Part shown: positions 1 through 9,553 of the stretch, piece by piece
Layout of the letters: the number at the start of each line of letters is the position of its first letter
Position numbering within the stretch: the first letter of the stretch is position 1
Assembly: GCA_034189025.1 (NCBI GenBank)
Contig: JAXHVS010000055.1
Location: 18,278-82,277, forward strand
DNA length: 64,000 nucleotides
Direction of reading: 5' to 3'
Origin: Bacteroidota bacterium
Lineage (GTDB): Bacteria; Bacteroidota; Bacteroidia; Bacteroidales; UBA12077
Program-made: the position numbers and the translations under genes
The notes under the pieces: model-generated
Databases searched by the model: none
The model's input: only the letters and a program-made list of their open reading frames with translations
What the model was told of the DNA's origin: nothing

Positions 1-1
1 T

Positions 2-1120
2 GCTACCGCAAAAAATTTTAAAGATACATTGATTGTTCCTTCAAAAAATCAGTATCAGCATTTACTTTCATTATTGGAAAAGAGTAATGGAGAATCAACA
101 ATTCGCGAAAGAAAAGCATTTGCATTACAAGCGTTTAATGTTTCTTCTCATTACGATACAGCAATTTTTAATTATTTTAATCAAGACTTTAATTCGCCGG
201 CTTTTAAACAAAGTATTACTTCGTTTAGTGAATTAAGATATGGAGAAAATCCTCACCAAAAAGGTTTTTTCTTTGGAAATTTAGACGAAATATTTGAGCA
301 GTTACATGGTAAACAGATTTCTTATAATAATCTATTAGATATTGAAGCAGCTGTTCAGCTAATGAGTGAATTTGAAGAAACAACATTTGCGATATTAAAA
401 CATAATAATGCCTGTGGCATAGCTTCCAGGAATAATTTACGTGATGCATGGAAAGATGCATTGGCTGGAGATCCTGTTTCAGCATTTGGAGGGATTTTAA
501 TAACCAACACAGAGGTTGATAAGACAACAGCCGAAGAAATAAATAAAATATTTTTTGAGGTAATTATAGCTCCTTCATATCATAAAGATGCACTAGAAAC
601 TTTAAAACAAAAGAAAAACAGGATCATCTTAATACAAAAATCAAATATTTTACCAAAAGTTCAATTTCGGTCTATGTTAAATGGTGCTCTTTTACAAGAT
701 AAGGATTTGAAGATTGAACATAAGAATGATTTAGATTTGGTAACAAAAAAATCACCATCAGAAAAAGAAGTTGAAGATTTGCTTTTTGCAAATAAGGTGG
801 TAAAGCATTCAAAATCTAACACCATTGTTTTGGCAAAAAACAAGCAGTTATGTGCGAGTGGAGTAGGGCAGACATCACGAGTTGATGCCTTAAAACAAGC
901 CATAGAAAAAGCAGAAAATTTTAAATTTGATTTAAACGGAGCTGTAATGGCGTCTGATGCTTTTTTTCCGTTTGCTGATTCGGTAGAAATAGCCCATTCA
1001 GCAGGAATTACCTCTGTAATACAACCGGGAGGATCAGTGCGGGATCAGGAATCTATTAATTTTTGTAATAAGCATAATTTAAGTATGGTTTTTACTGGTA
1101 CAAGACATTTTAAACATTAA
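2..1120 (+). CDS. purH: bifunctional AICAR transformylase / IMP cyclohydrolase, 5'-truncated by the window edge
   Basis: The frame stays open to the left edge (ATAKNFKDTLIV precedes the listed TTG at 29). GVGQTSRVDA and the C-terminal MVFTGTRHFKH are PurH hallmarks as I recall them. Confidence 0.93.
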   Translation, partial: ATAKNFKDTLIVPSKNQYQHLLSLLEKSNGESTIRERKAFALQAFNVSSHYDTAIFNYFNQDFNSPAFKQSITSFSELRYGENPHQKGFFFGNLDEIFEQLHGKQISYNNLLDIEAAVQLMSEFEETTFAILKHNNACGIASRNNLRDAWKDALAGDPVSAFGGILITNTEVDKTTAEEINKIFFEVIIAPSYHKDALETLKQKKNRIILIQKSNILPKVQFRSMLNGALLQDKDLKIEHKNDLDLVTKKSPSEKEVEDLLFANKVVKHSKSNTIVLAKNKQLCASGVGQTSRVDALKQAIEKAENFKFDLNGAVMASDAFFPFADSVEIAHSAGITSVIQPGGSVRDQESINFCNKHNLSMVFTGTRHFKH

Positions 1121-1157
1121 AATAATTTATTTACATTTTTAAAAGAGATAACATATA

Positions 1158-2180
1158 ATGGGATTGTTTTCATTTTTTACTCAGGAATTAGCTATAGATT
1201 TAGGCACAGCTAATACCATTATTATTCATAACGATAAGATCGTAGTGGATGAGCCATCAATAGTAGCTGTAGAACAAAGCACCGGCAAACTTGTGGCTAT
1301 TGGGAAAAAAGCACGGCAGATGCATGGAAAAACACACATAAATATTCGCACGATCAGGCCTTTAAGAGATGGTGTTATTGCCGACTTTAATGCAGCAGAA
1401 CAAATGATTCGTGGTATGATTAAGATGATTAATCGAAAACCGCAAATGTTTGCCCCTTCATTGCGAATGGTTGTTTGTATTCCTTCCGGAAGTACAGAAG
1501 TTGAGATGCGTGCTGTTCGAGATTCCTCTGAACATGCCGGCGGAAGAGATGTGTTTATGATATATGAACCGATGGCTGCCGCAATAGGTATGGGAATTGA
1601 TGTAGAGGAGCCCAAAGGAAGCATGGTTGTTGATATTGGAGGAGGTACAACAGAAGTTGCTGTTATTGCTTTAGGAGGTATTGTTTGTAATAAATCAATA
1701 CGTATTGCGGGAGATGCTTTTACAGCTGATATTCAGGCATACATGCGACATCAACATAATATAAAAATTGGAGAAAGAACAGCTGAGGAAATTAAAATTA
1801 ATGTAGGTTCTTGTTTGCCCGAATTGGAAAATCCACCAGAAGATTATGTGGTACGAGGCCCTAATTTAATGACAGCTATGCCCGTTGAAATACCAATATC
1901 ATATCAGGAAATAGCCCATTGTTTAGATAAATCAATTTCAAAAGTTGAAACAGCAATATTAAGTGTATTAGAGCAAACACCACCTGAGCTTTATGCCGAC
2001 GTTGTTAGTGATGGTATATATTTAGCTGGTGGTGGAGCTTTAATGCGAGGATTAGATAAACGATTAACTGATAAAATTGGCATTCAGTTTCATGTATCCG
2101 AAGATCCTCTTCATGCTGTTGCAAGAGGAACTGGCATAGCTCTTAAGAATGCAGAGAAATTCTCGTTCCTGATGAGATAG
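1158..2180 (+). CDS. mreB: rod shape-determining actin homologue MreB
   Basis: 340 aa. Actin-fold phosphate motifs LAIDLGTANT and VVDIGGGTTEVAV. Followed by mreC, mreD, mrdA and rodA. Confidence 0.97.
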   Translation: MGLFSFFTQELAIDLGTANTIIIHNDKIVVDEPSIVAVEQSTGKLVAIGKKARQMHGKTHINIRTIRPLRDGVIADFNAAEQMIRGMIKMINRKPQMFAPSLRMVVCIPSGSTEVEMRAVRDSSEHAGGRDVFMIYEPMAAAIGMGIDVEEPKGSMVVDIGGGTTEVAVIALGGIVCNKSIRIAGDAFTADIQAYMRHQHNIKIGERTAEEIKINVGSCLPELENPPEDYVVRGPNLMTAMPVEIPISYQEIAHCLDKSISKVETAILSVLEQTPPELYADVVSDGIYLAGGGALMRGLDKRLTDKIGIQFHVSEDPLHAVARGTGIALKNAEKFSFLMR

Positions 2181-2218
2181 AATTGAAAATAAGATAAGAT
2201 GAAAATTATATGAACCGA

Positions 2219-2302
2219 GCCATGACAAAGATTTTGACACACACTCGCATGATTATAATAAAACTATAAAACGAGTGAGGCGAGAATTTAATTTGTCATG
2301 GC
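2219..2302. repeat. structured hairpin element in the mreB-mreC spacer
   Basis: An 11-bp perfect inverted repeat, GCCATGACAAA (2219-2229) / TTTGTCATGGC (2292-2302), encloses an inner 6-bp stem CACTCG (2242-2247) / CGAGTG (2272-2277). It sits in a 160-nt non-coding gap. Confidence 0.6.
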
Positions 2303-2340
2303 GAGCTCCATCTGACCTCTAAAATAAAAATTATAAACAG

Positions 2341-3174
2341 ATGAAAAGTTTATTAAATTTTTTATTAAGAATTCACTTCTTACTATTGTTCATTCTTATC
2401 GAAATATTTTCTATCTCTTTACTGGTCAATAATAATTATTATCAACGTTCTCGAATGGTTAATTTTACTCGAGAACTTTCTGGCAGATACCATCAAAAAT
2501 TGGCTGATTTAAAAGAATATGTTTCATTAGTAGAAATCAATCAACAATTAGTTGAAGAAAATAATCGATTATTAAATATCATTGAGTCAACCTATCGTTC
2601 GGAGGAGTTGTTTTTTCGAAATGTAAACGATACTGTTTATAATCAAAGATATTTTTATACTCCGGCAAAAGTTGTAAATAATTCGGTTAATAAAAAGCAT
2701 AATTTTATTACTTTAAATAAAGGGAAGAAACAGGGGATTAAACCAGAAATGGCTGTAGTTTCTGATGGAAGTATTGTTGGTGTAGTAAAAGGGGTTTCTC
2801 AAAATTATGCTACAGTTATTTCACTTTTAAATCTTGATTTTAAAATAAGTGCCAAGGTTAAAAAGAATGGTTACTTTGGTTCGTTGAGCTGGGATGGAAA
2901 AGATTACCATACGGCAATCTTAAATGAAATTCCATTACATGCTGATGTTCAGGTTGGTGATTCAATTATTACAAGTGGTTTTTCATCCATTTATCCCGAA
3001 GGAATTTTAATAGGATATATTGATAACTTTGAAGAAAAAGGGGGTAGTTTTTATACGATTTATGTAAAATTATCAACTGATTTTAAGCAGTTAAATTATG
3101 TAAATATTATTGGAAATCTTACACAAACAGAGAAACTGGAAATAGAACAACAAGCAATAAAAAACAATGATTAA
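2341..3174 (+). CDS. mreC: rod shape-determining protein MreC
   Basis: 277 aa with an N-terminal TM helix, a coiled-coil segment and a beta-rich C-terminal part. Located between mreB and mreD. Confidence 0.9.
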   Translation: MKSLLNFLLRIHFLLLFILIEIFSISLLVNNNYYQRSRMVNFTRELSGRYHQKLADLKEYVSLVEINQQLVEENNRLLNIIESTYRSEELFFRNVNDTVYNQRYFYTPAKVVNNSVNKKHNFITLNKGKKQGIKPEMAVVSDGSIVGVVKGVSQNYATVISLLNLDFKISAKVKKNGYFGSLSWDGKDYHTAILNEIPLHADVQVGDSIITSGFSSIYPEGILIGYIDNFEEKGGSFYTIYVKLSTDFKQLNYVNIIGNLTQTEKLEIEQQAIKNND

Positions 3175-3685
3175 GACGGTTCCACGATATTTGATAAATT
3201 TTATTTTACTTGTATTATTACAAGTATTTGTTTTAAATAATATACAATTTAGTGGTTATATTAATCCGTATATTTATGTAGTTTTTATTCTTACATTACC
3301 TTTTGAGACTCCTAAATGGTTGTTGCTTGTAATCGCATTTTTATTAGGAATTACCATCGATTTGTTTTCTAATACATTAGGGATGCACAGTTCAGCAACT
3401 GTTTTTATGGCTTTTTTACGGCCGGCTGTTTTAAAAATTATTGCCCCTCGCGATGGATATGAATCGGAAACTTATCCTCAATTAAAATATTATGGAGGAA
3501 CCTGGTTTTTAAAATATTCGGCAATTTTGGTTTTTGCCCATCACTTATTTTTATTTTATATAGAAGTTTTTAGGTTTTCTGATTTTTTTGCAACATTGCT
3601 CAGAGTAATATTAAGTTCATCTTTTTCTATTATACTGATTTTAATCGGACAATATTTTTACCGAAAGGATACAAAAAGATTCTAA
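3167..3685 (+). CDS. mreD: rod shape-determining protein MreD
   Basis: 172-aa polytopic membrane protein. Its start overlaps the mreC stop by 8 nt, and it has the canonical position in the mreBCD operon. Confidence 0.8.
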   Translation: MIKTVPRYLINFILLVLLQVFVLNNIQFSGYINPYIYVVFILTLPFETPKWLLLVIAFLLGITIDLFSNTLGMHSSATVFMAFLRPAVLKIIAPRDGYESETYPQLKYYGGTWFLKYSAILVFAHHLFLFYIEVFRFSDFFATLLRVILSSSFSIILILIGQYFYRKDTKRF

Positions 3686-3697
3686 AGTAGCTGATTT

Positions 3698-5542
3698 GTG
3701 GATACATTTACCGTAAGAAAATATATTATTGGAATCCTGATAGTTGTTGTTGGATTAGTTTATATCATTAAACTTTTTATACTTCAAGTTGTAGATCCAA
3801 CTTATAAATTGTCGGCAAGTAATAATGTGATAAGATATGTAACGCAGTATCCTGCTCGCGGATTAATTTATGACCGAAAAGGTAAATTATTAGTATATAA
3901 TGAAGCAGCTTACGATTTAATGGTTAATCCATTACAATTAAAACCATTTGATACAACAGAATTTTGTCAAATACTGGATATTGATAAAGCATATGTAAAA
4001 GAATCAATAAATAAAGCAAAAGAGTATTCAAGGTATAAGCCATCGATTTTTTTAAAACAAGTGTCTTCTAAAACGTATGCTCATTTACAAGAAAAACTTT
4101 ACAAATTTCCAGGATTTTTTGTTCAAGCACGTACCTTACGGAGGTATCCTTCCGATATTGCTGCCCATGTTTTAGGCTATGTCGGAGAAGTAAACGATAA
4201 AATTATTGAACAGAACCCTTACTATAAATCGGGAGATTATATCGGAATTAGTGGGATTGAACAATCTTATGAAGAGTATATTCGCGGACAAAAAGGGGTA
4301 AAAGTTTTTTTAGTTGATGTACATAATCGGATAAAGGGACCTTATGCCGAAGGAAAACTTGATAAAAAAGCCGAAGTGGGAGCTAATATCATCTCAACCA
4401 TTGATGCTGACTTACAGAGCTATGGAGAAAAATTAATGAAAAATAAAATTGGAAGTATTGTTGCTATAGAGCCTGCGACAGGTGAAATTTTAGCGCTGGT
4501 TTCTACTCCTACTTACGATCCCGATCTTCTTATTGGGCGTAAACGGACAGAGAATTATATTAATTTAATGACTGACTCCCTTAATCCCTTATTTAATCGT
4601 GCGTTAATGGCTCAGTACCCACCCGGTTCCACATTTAAAGTTATCAATGCCTTAATTGGGTTACAGGAAAAAGTACTTTTCCCTTCCACTAAATATGAAT
4701 GTAATGGAGCTTATTATGCTCGAAATATACGCGTTGGATGTCATTTTCATAAATCTCCTACTGATCTTAAACAATCCATCCAAGTTTCATGTAATACATA
4801 CTATTGTAATGTTTTTAGAAGTATTCTTGATAATAAAAAATATAGTTCTATCCATGAATCGTTTGATCAATGGCAGGATTATATCATGTCATTTGGTTTT
4901 GGACAAAAATTAAACACTGATTTTACCAATGAGTTAAAAGGAATTGTCCCCTCCAAAGAATTATATAGCCGTATTTACGGCGAAAATAGCTGGAGTTCTT
5001 TAACAGTGCTTTCATTGGCTATTGGACAGGGGGAATTGGGTATTACTCCTTTACAAATGGCTAATATGACTGCAGCTATTGCAAATAGAGGATACTATAT
5101 TACACCACATATTGTTAAAGAAATAGAAGGTGGCTATACAATAGATACAAGATTTAAACAAAAACACCATACGCTTATTGATTCTACTTACTTTGAAATT
5201 GTTATCGACGGGATGGACTTGGCGGTTAACGGAGAGCCTGGAAGTGGAAGTACCGCACGTAGTGCACATCTTGAAGATATTGTTGTATGTGGTAAAACAG
5301 GTACAGCTGAAAATCCACATGGTGAAGATCATTCCATCTTTATAGCTTTTGCCCCTAAACATGATCCACAAATTGCCATTGCGGTTTATATCGAAAATGG
5401 AGGTTTTGGGAGTACATGGGCTGCACCTACAGCTAGATTGATGATCGAAAAGTATTTGAATGATTCAATTTCTATACCCTGGTGGGAACAATATATTTTA
5501 GATGCAAATTTGATAAATAAAACCGATGAGGAGAAGGATTAA
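3698..5542 (+). CDS. mrdA: penicillin-binding protein 2 (elongasome transpeptidase)
   Basis: 614 aa with an N-terminal membrane anchor. Class B PBP motifs are present: SxxK = STFK, SxN = SCN, KTG = KTGT. GTG start. Confidence 0.93.
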   Translation: MDTFTVRKYIIGILIVVVGLVYIIKLFILQVVDPTYKLSASNNVIRYVTQYPARGLIYDRKGKLLVYNEAAYDLMVNPLQLKPFDTTEFCQILDIDKAYVKESINKAKEYSRYKPSIFLKQVSSKTYAHLQEKLYKFPGFFVQARTLRRYPSDIAAHVLGYVGEVNDKIIEQNPYYKSGDYIGISGIEQSYEEYIRGQKGVKVFLVDVHNRIKGPYAEGKLDKKAEVGANIISTIDADLQSYGEKLMKNKIGSIVAIEPATGEILALVSTPTYDPDLLIGRKRTENYINLMTDSLNPLFNRALMAQYPPGSTFKVINALIGLQEKVLFPSTKYECNGAYYARNIRVGCHFHKSPTDLKQSIQVSCNTYYCNVFRSILDNKKYSSIHESFDQWQDYIMSFGFGQKLNTDFTNELKGIVPSKELYSRIYGENSWSSLTVLSLAIGQGELGITPLQMANMTAAIANRGYYITPHIVKEIEGGYTIDTRFKQKHHTLIDSTYFEIVIDGMDLAVNGEPGSGSTARSAHLEDIVVCGKTGTAENPHGEDHSIFIAFAPKHDPQIAIAVYIENGGFGSTWAAPTARLMIEKYLNDSISIPWWEQYILDANLINKTDEEKD

Positions 5543-6950
5543 TATATGGTCTAGTATCGATTGGTTAACAGTAGCTTTGTATCTGCTGCTTGTTTTCTTA
5601 GGATGGATAAATATATATGCAGCAGTATATAATGAGGAACATCAAAGTATTTTTGATTTCTCTATGCGCTATGGGAAACAAATGATATGGATATGCGCAG
5701 CTATTGTTATTGCTTTTTTAGTATTTATAGTTGATATTAATTTCTATTCTTATTTTGCGTATGCCATTTATGGTTTAATGATTTTATTGTTGATTTTAGT
5801 GCTGTTTTTTGGAGTGGAGGTAAATGCAGCACGATCTTGGTTTCAATTAGGATCCTTTAGGATTCAACCTTCTGAATTTGCTAAGATTGCAACAGCACTT
5901 GCTATTGCCAGATATTTAAGTGCTTATAATGTACAAATTAATACGTTTAAATCATACTGGAGATTGGCAGCTTTTATTCTTATTCCTGCTCTTTTAACAT
6001 TTATCCAAAATGATACAGGATCTGCGCTGGTTTACTTTGTTTTTATTTTGGTATTGTTTCGCGAAGGATTATCCACAGAAATTCTTTTACTTGGTGTATT
6101 TATGGTAATATTGTTTGTGTTGGCATTAATTTTAGAGAAGTTAACCATAATATTACTGTCTATTGGGTTGTTATTTGTTATTTTTTCATTTATTCATCGA
6201 AATTTGAAACATACTGGTGCTGCTTTGTTTATCTTAATTTTATCGGTTTTAATCACTTTTGGAGCAAATTATATTTTTGAAATTGGACTATCGTACTATT
6301 ATATAATTTTTATTGCATTAGGGTTTTCTTCACTGGTTTATATTATCTTAGCTTTAAGATATAGAATTAATCATGTAATTATATTATTAATATTTCTTTT
6401 TGGATCTATTCTTTTTACCTATTCGGTTGATTATGTTTTTGATAATTTTCTGGAACCACATCAACAAAAAAGGATTAATGTTGTATTGGGTTTAGAATCA
6501 GACCCTTTTGGGGTAGAGTACAATGTTAATCAATCGAAAATTGCCATTGGGTCAGGAGGGTTTTCTGGTAAAGGATTTTTACGCGGAACACAAACCAAAT
6601 ATGATTTTGTTCCTGAACAAAGTACAGATTTTATTTTTTGTACTATTGGTGAAGAATGGGGGTTTTTAGGGACTTTTACTATTGTTACATTATTTGTAAT
6701 CTTATTATTAAGATTGATTTATCTTGCCGAGCGGCAACGATCGAGCTTTAGCCGCATTTATGGGTATGGTGTGATTTCAATATTGTTTTTTCATATAGCT
6801 GTAAATATTGGAATGACTATTGGACTGGTTCCTGTAATTGGTATTCCTCTCCCATTTTTTAGTTATGGAGGATCTTCCCTTTGGGCGTTTACAATTCTAT
6901 TATTTATCTTTTTACGATTTGATGCTAGCCGTCTAGAAATGTTAGGTTGA
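5526..6950 (+). CDS. rodA: SEDS-family peptidoglycan polymerase RodA
   Basis: 474-aa polytopic protein with FtsW/RodA-type segments (QPSEFAKI, FIFCTIGEEWGF, PLPFFSYGGSS). Overlaps the mrdA stop. Confidence 0.93.
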   Translation: MRRRINIWSSIDWLTVALYLLLVFLGWINIYAAVYNEEHQSIFDFSMRYGKQMIWICAAIVIAFLVFIVDINFYSYFAYAIYGLMILLLILVLFFGVEVNAARSWFQLGSFRIQPSEFAKIATALAIARYLSAYNVQINTFKSYWRLAAFILIPALLTFIQNDTGSALVYFVFILVLFREGLSTEILLLGVFMVILFVLALILEKLTIILLSIGLLFVIFSFIHRNLKHTGAALFILILSVLITFGANYIFEIGLSYYYIIFIALGFSSLVYIILALRYRINHVIILLIFLFGSILFTYSVDYVFDNFLEPHQQKRINVVLGLESDPFGVEYNVNQSKIAIGSGGFSGKGFLRGTQTKYDFVPEQSTDFIFCTIGEEWGFLGTFTIVTLFVILLLRLIYLAERQRSSFSRIYGYGVISILFFHIAVNIGMTIGLVPVIGIPLPFFSYGGSSLWAFTILLFIFLRFDASRLEMLG

Positions 6951-6952
6951 AC

Positions 6953-6973
6953 AGGGCAAAGTTACTTTTGCCC
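6953..6973. terminator. hairpin between convergent rodA and the KamA-like gene
   Basis: AGGGCAAA-gttac-TTTGCCCT, an 8-bp perfect stem in the 32-nt gap between two convergent stop codons. There is no strong U-tract. Confidence 0.5.
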
Positions 6974-6982
6974 TATTCCTTA

Positions 6983-9163
6983 TTATTCTTCTTGTAATTC
7001 AAGGTTTGTAAATTCTTCTGTAATTTTAAAATCGTAATCAGGATAGATATATATAGGCATTCTTTCTTCTGTTTCTCCAATTGAATATCCCCAAAGGTTT
7101 TGATATTCATTAATATCTTCGCCCATTTCTTCAATTTGGTTTAAATACTCTCCAATGGGTTTCGATTCTACAATAACAACTTTCCCCATTTTATCAATAA
7201 TAGGACTATGCCTTCTATTGGCATCATGGTCAAATTCAAGAATTCTTCTTCCTCGTCTTGTAATGCCAATAGTTCTGAAAGTTAGACTTTTACCTACACC
7301 CGGCAGATTTAGTACATTTCTGTCGGTTGCAAGAAACGGAATATTTGCTTTCTCTCGAAGAGAATTTATATTGTCGATCATATTTTCGGCATTTTCGGAG
7401 AATGTATGAATAAGCTCATTGTATTCTTTAGGAACAATGCCTAACCGTTTTTCTTCGAGCTGCTCCTGAACCGCTCTTGCATTGGTTGCAAAATTGTGGT
7501 AATTTTCCATGTATCCTTTTACAGAGAAGGTATAATAGGTTAAAACCCCCACATCATTAAGTACTTTTCTTAATTTCGCAGTATGCCCACGTCTTGACGC
7601 TGCAGTAGTAAATACCATTTGATTCGTTATGGTCCATCCGGCCAAAATAAGTTTTTTTAATCCTTCTACCGTGTCGGGAGTAATTTCCATTGCAGACTCA
7701 AAGTGAGTTTGAATAACAAATTGTTTAATCCCTATTTGTGACGCTTTTTGCTTAAACTCAGCAAGAATCTCAGCTAACTCGTCAGTAATTCTTTGTGGAA
7801 GGTAAACCGGGAGTCTTGTTCCTAATCTTACGCGTAAAATTTCTGCATGCTTTTCACCTTCTTTTAAATATTTATTGTTTTTCTTTTTATTAAGAGCCAT
7901 ATCATAAACCGCATCAAGAATTTTTTTTAGCGATTTGTCTGAGCTCATTAAAGCATCGCCTCCTGTAATAAGAATATCTCTGAGTTGTGTATCTTCTTCA
8001 AAATATTTTAATAGCCGTATAAGTTTTTTGGGCCAGGCCTCGGTTGGTTTCAATTTATCTAAGTTAAAATTTAGGTTTCCTCTTTGGAAATCATACATTC
8101 GTTGGCATGAAGTACATAAACCACCACAAGCTCTTCCCATCGAATCTGGTATTAATATGGCTACTTCAGGGTAGCGTCTGTGTATGTTATGATCGGAAGG
8201 TAATAACCATCCTGCAGCGTTTGGTTTACCTGGTTCAACAATGTCTTCTTTCTCCCAAGCAACAATATGTCCAAACTCATCAATGAGCTCCTGGCTGTAA
8301 ATAATATAATCTCTAATAGCTAGGTCAGCATTGGTACGGTCTTTTGTGTCAAGTAATGATAAGTAATAAGGATTAACAAAAAATGGAATCCCTGTTTCTT
8401 GGGCAGCATAGAGCGTTTGCATTGTATCAGGGTCGAGGGAGTAGTCAAGCATTTTATTCAACAAATCGGGTTTACGTATGGCAAATTTTAAATGGAAAAG
8501 TTTTGAGTTCCACCACTCGTTCATTTTTTCCATTTTTTGTTCATAGGTCATTCCAGAATAGAAAGAAAACCTGCTCGATTTCATTTCTCCGGAATCAATC
8601 ATCTCCAAAATAATTTTTAGAATGCGTTGTTTGTTTTCTTTTCTGGCTTTAATAATTTCAGGATCAAGCCCGGAAGGATGTCTATCCATCCATTCGTGTA
8701 CTTTGTCAATATTAGGTTTGTTTAATTTGTTTTTTCCATTAAACTGGCGGAAAAGCTCCAGCATATCAAGAAAAAATAAATATTTACCACCACCAGTTCC
8801 GTGATTAGCTGCTAACCATAAAATATGGAATGGATTACTAATATCTTTTTTCCCTCTTAAATTTATATCTTCGTATTCAAAGTTCGCATTATGGATATAA
8901 TCTAATATTCGGATTGCAGCGAAATCTTTCCACTTTAATTTTTCGAAGGGCTTTCTACCTCTTATTTCTCCTTTATAATATTTATAAGCTAAGCTATTTT
9001 GTTTTAATTCTTCTTCGGTCCATTTTTTTAATTCCTTTATCGTTTCTTGTTCAGGAAGCAATAGTATTTGTTTTAATCGGGGATTTTCTTCTAAAAGTTG
9101 GTTTAATATTCGGTTCGCTTTTGGGCTGATTTTTACTTTTTCGTCATTTATTCTATCCACCAT
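6983..9163 (-). CDS. long-form KamA-family radical SAM aminomutase (lysine 2,3-aminomutase-like), substrate unknown
   Basis: 726 aa. CxxxCxxC cluster motif CGGLCTSC preceded by HRRYPEVAIL. A KamA-type upstream block (FFVNPYYLSLL) is present. There are about 210 extra N-terminal residues and a long C-terminal region relative to the roughly 416-aa canonical enzymes. Confidence 0.85.
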   Translation of the reverse strand: MVDRINDEKVKISPKANRILNQLLEENPRLKQILLLPEQETIKELKKWTEEELKQNSLAYKYYKGEIRGRKPFEKLKWKDFAAIRILDYIHNANFEYEDINLRGKKDISNPFHILWLAANHGTGGGKYLFFLDMLELFRQFNGKNKLNKPNIDKVHEWMDRHPSGLDPEIIKARKENKQRILKIILEMIDSGEMKSSRFSFYSGMTYEQKMEKMNEWWNSKLFHLKFAIRKPDLLNKMLDYSLDPDTMQTLYAAQETGIPFFVNPYYLSLLDTKDRTNADLAIRDYIIYSQELIDEFGHIVAWEKEDIVEPGKPNAAGWLLPSDHNIHRRYPEVAILIPDSMGRACGGLCTSCQRMYDFQRGNLNFNLDKLKPTEAWPKKLIRLLKYFEEDTQLRDILITGGDALMSSDKSLKKILDAVYDMALNKKKNNKYLKEGEKHAEILRVRLGTRLPVYLPQRITDELAEILAEFKQKASQIGIKQFVIQTHFESAMEITPDTVEGLKKLILAGWTITNQMVFTTAASRRGHTAKLRKVLNDVGVLTYYTFSVKGYMENYHNFATNARAVQEQLEEKRLGIVPKEYNELIHTFSENAENMIDNINSLREKANIPFLATDRNVLNLPGVGKSLTFRTIGITRRGRRILEFDHDANRRHSPIIDKMGKVVIVESKPIGEYLNQIEEMGEDINEYQNLWGYSIGETEERMPIYIYPDYDFKITEEFTNLELQEE

Positions 9164-9213
9164 AACTTTCCTCTTTTTTAATTTGTAATCACAACAACTC
9201 TATGAATAAGTGG

Positions 9214-9221
9214 CAAACTTA
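9214..9221 (-). promoter_or_regulatory. candidate Bacteroidota -7 promoter box (TAAGTTTG) for the KamA-like gene
   Basis: Matches TAnnTTTG on the minus strand, 51 nt upstream of the ATG at 9163. Confidence 0.4.
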
Positions 9222-9308
9222 TTTTTAATATAATATTTAACTTACATCCAAAGTGGTCGTTAAATAAATCCCTAAAATAAAAGGGGGCATACCAAAAAAA
9301 TGGCAGTG

Positions 9309-9320
9309 TTAGTTAGTTAG
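9309..9320. repeat. (TTAG)3 microsatellite, a stop codon in all six frames
   Basis: TTAGTTAGTTAG gives TAG in three plus-strand frames. Its complement CTAACTAACTAA gives TAA in three minus-strand frames. Confidence 0.9.
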
Positions 9321-9373
9321 ATGCTACAAATTAATAAAAATAATTGGAAAAATCAAAATGAAATAATTGTTAA

Positions 9374-9553
9374 GTAACACCTAAATTGAGCGATATGAGT
9401 AAAACGAAATAGCGCTTTACTTAGGCTTAACCCCGACATAGAAATTGTATATTTTCACTGAATGAGTGAAGTGAAAACTTTACTATTTCTTCGTTGTGAG
9501 CGAGAACCTTTAGCTCATGGCCAAAGGGAATAATCGCTCAATTTGGATAACAC
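9374..9553. repeat. 180-bp inverted-repeat element (MITE-like insertion or structured 3' UTR) abutting the acpH stop codon
   Basis: Arms GTAACACCTAAATTGAGCGAT (9374-9394) and ATCGCTCAATTTGGATAACAC (9533-9553) match at 16 of 21 positions, with the inner 12 perfect. Both sides are flanked by TTAA (9370-9373, 9554-9557). Internal hairpins include TTTTCAC..GTGAAAA and TGAGC..GCTCA. Confidence 0.5.

Noticed and set aside
225-527. Antisense or nested ORFs of 60-132 aa inside well-supported genes. Examples are 225-527(-), 1226-1624(-), 5051-5371(-), 18040-18378(+), 50312-50617(+) and 54519-54800(+), and there are many others in the track.
   Set aside because: They lie wholly within, and opposite to or out of frame with, strongly supported conserved genes. 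They have low-complexity, Leu/Phe/Ile/Ser-rich translations typical of shadow ORFs in AT-rich DNA, and I recognise no motifs in them.
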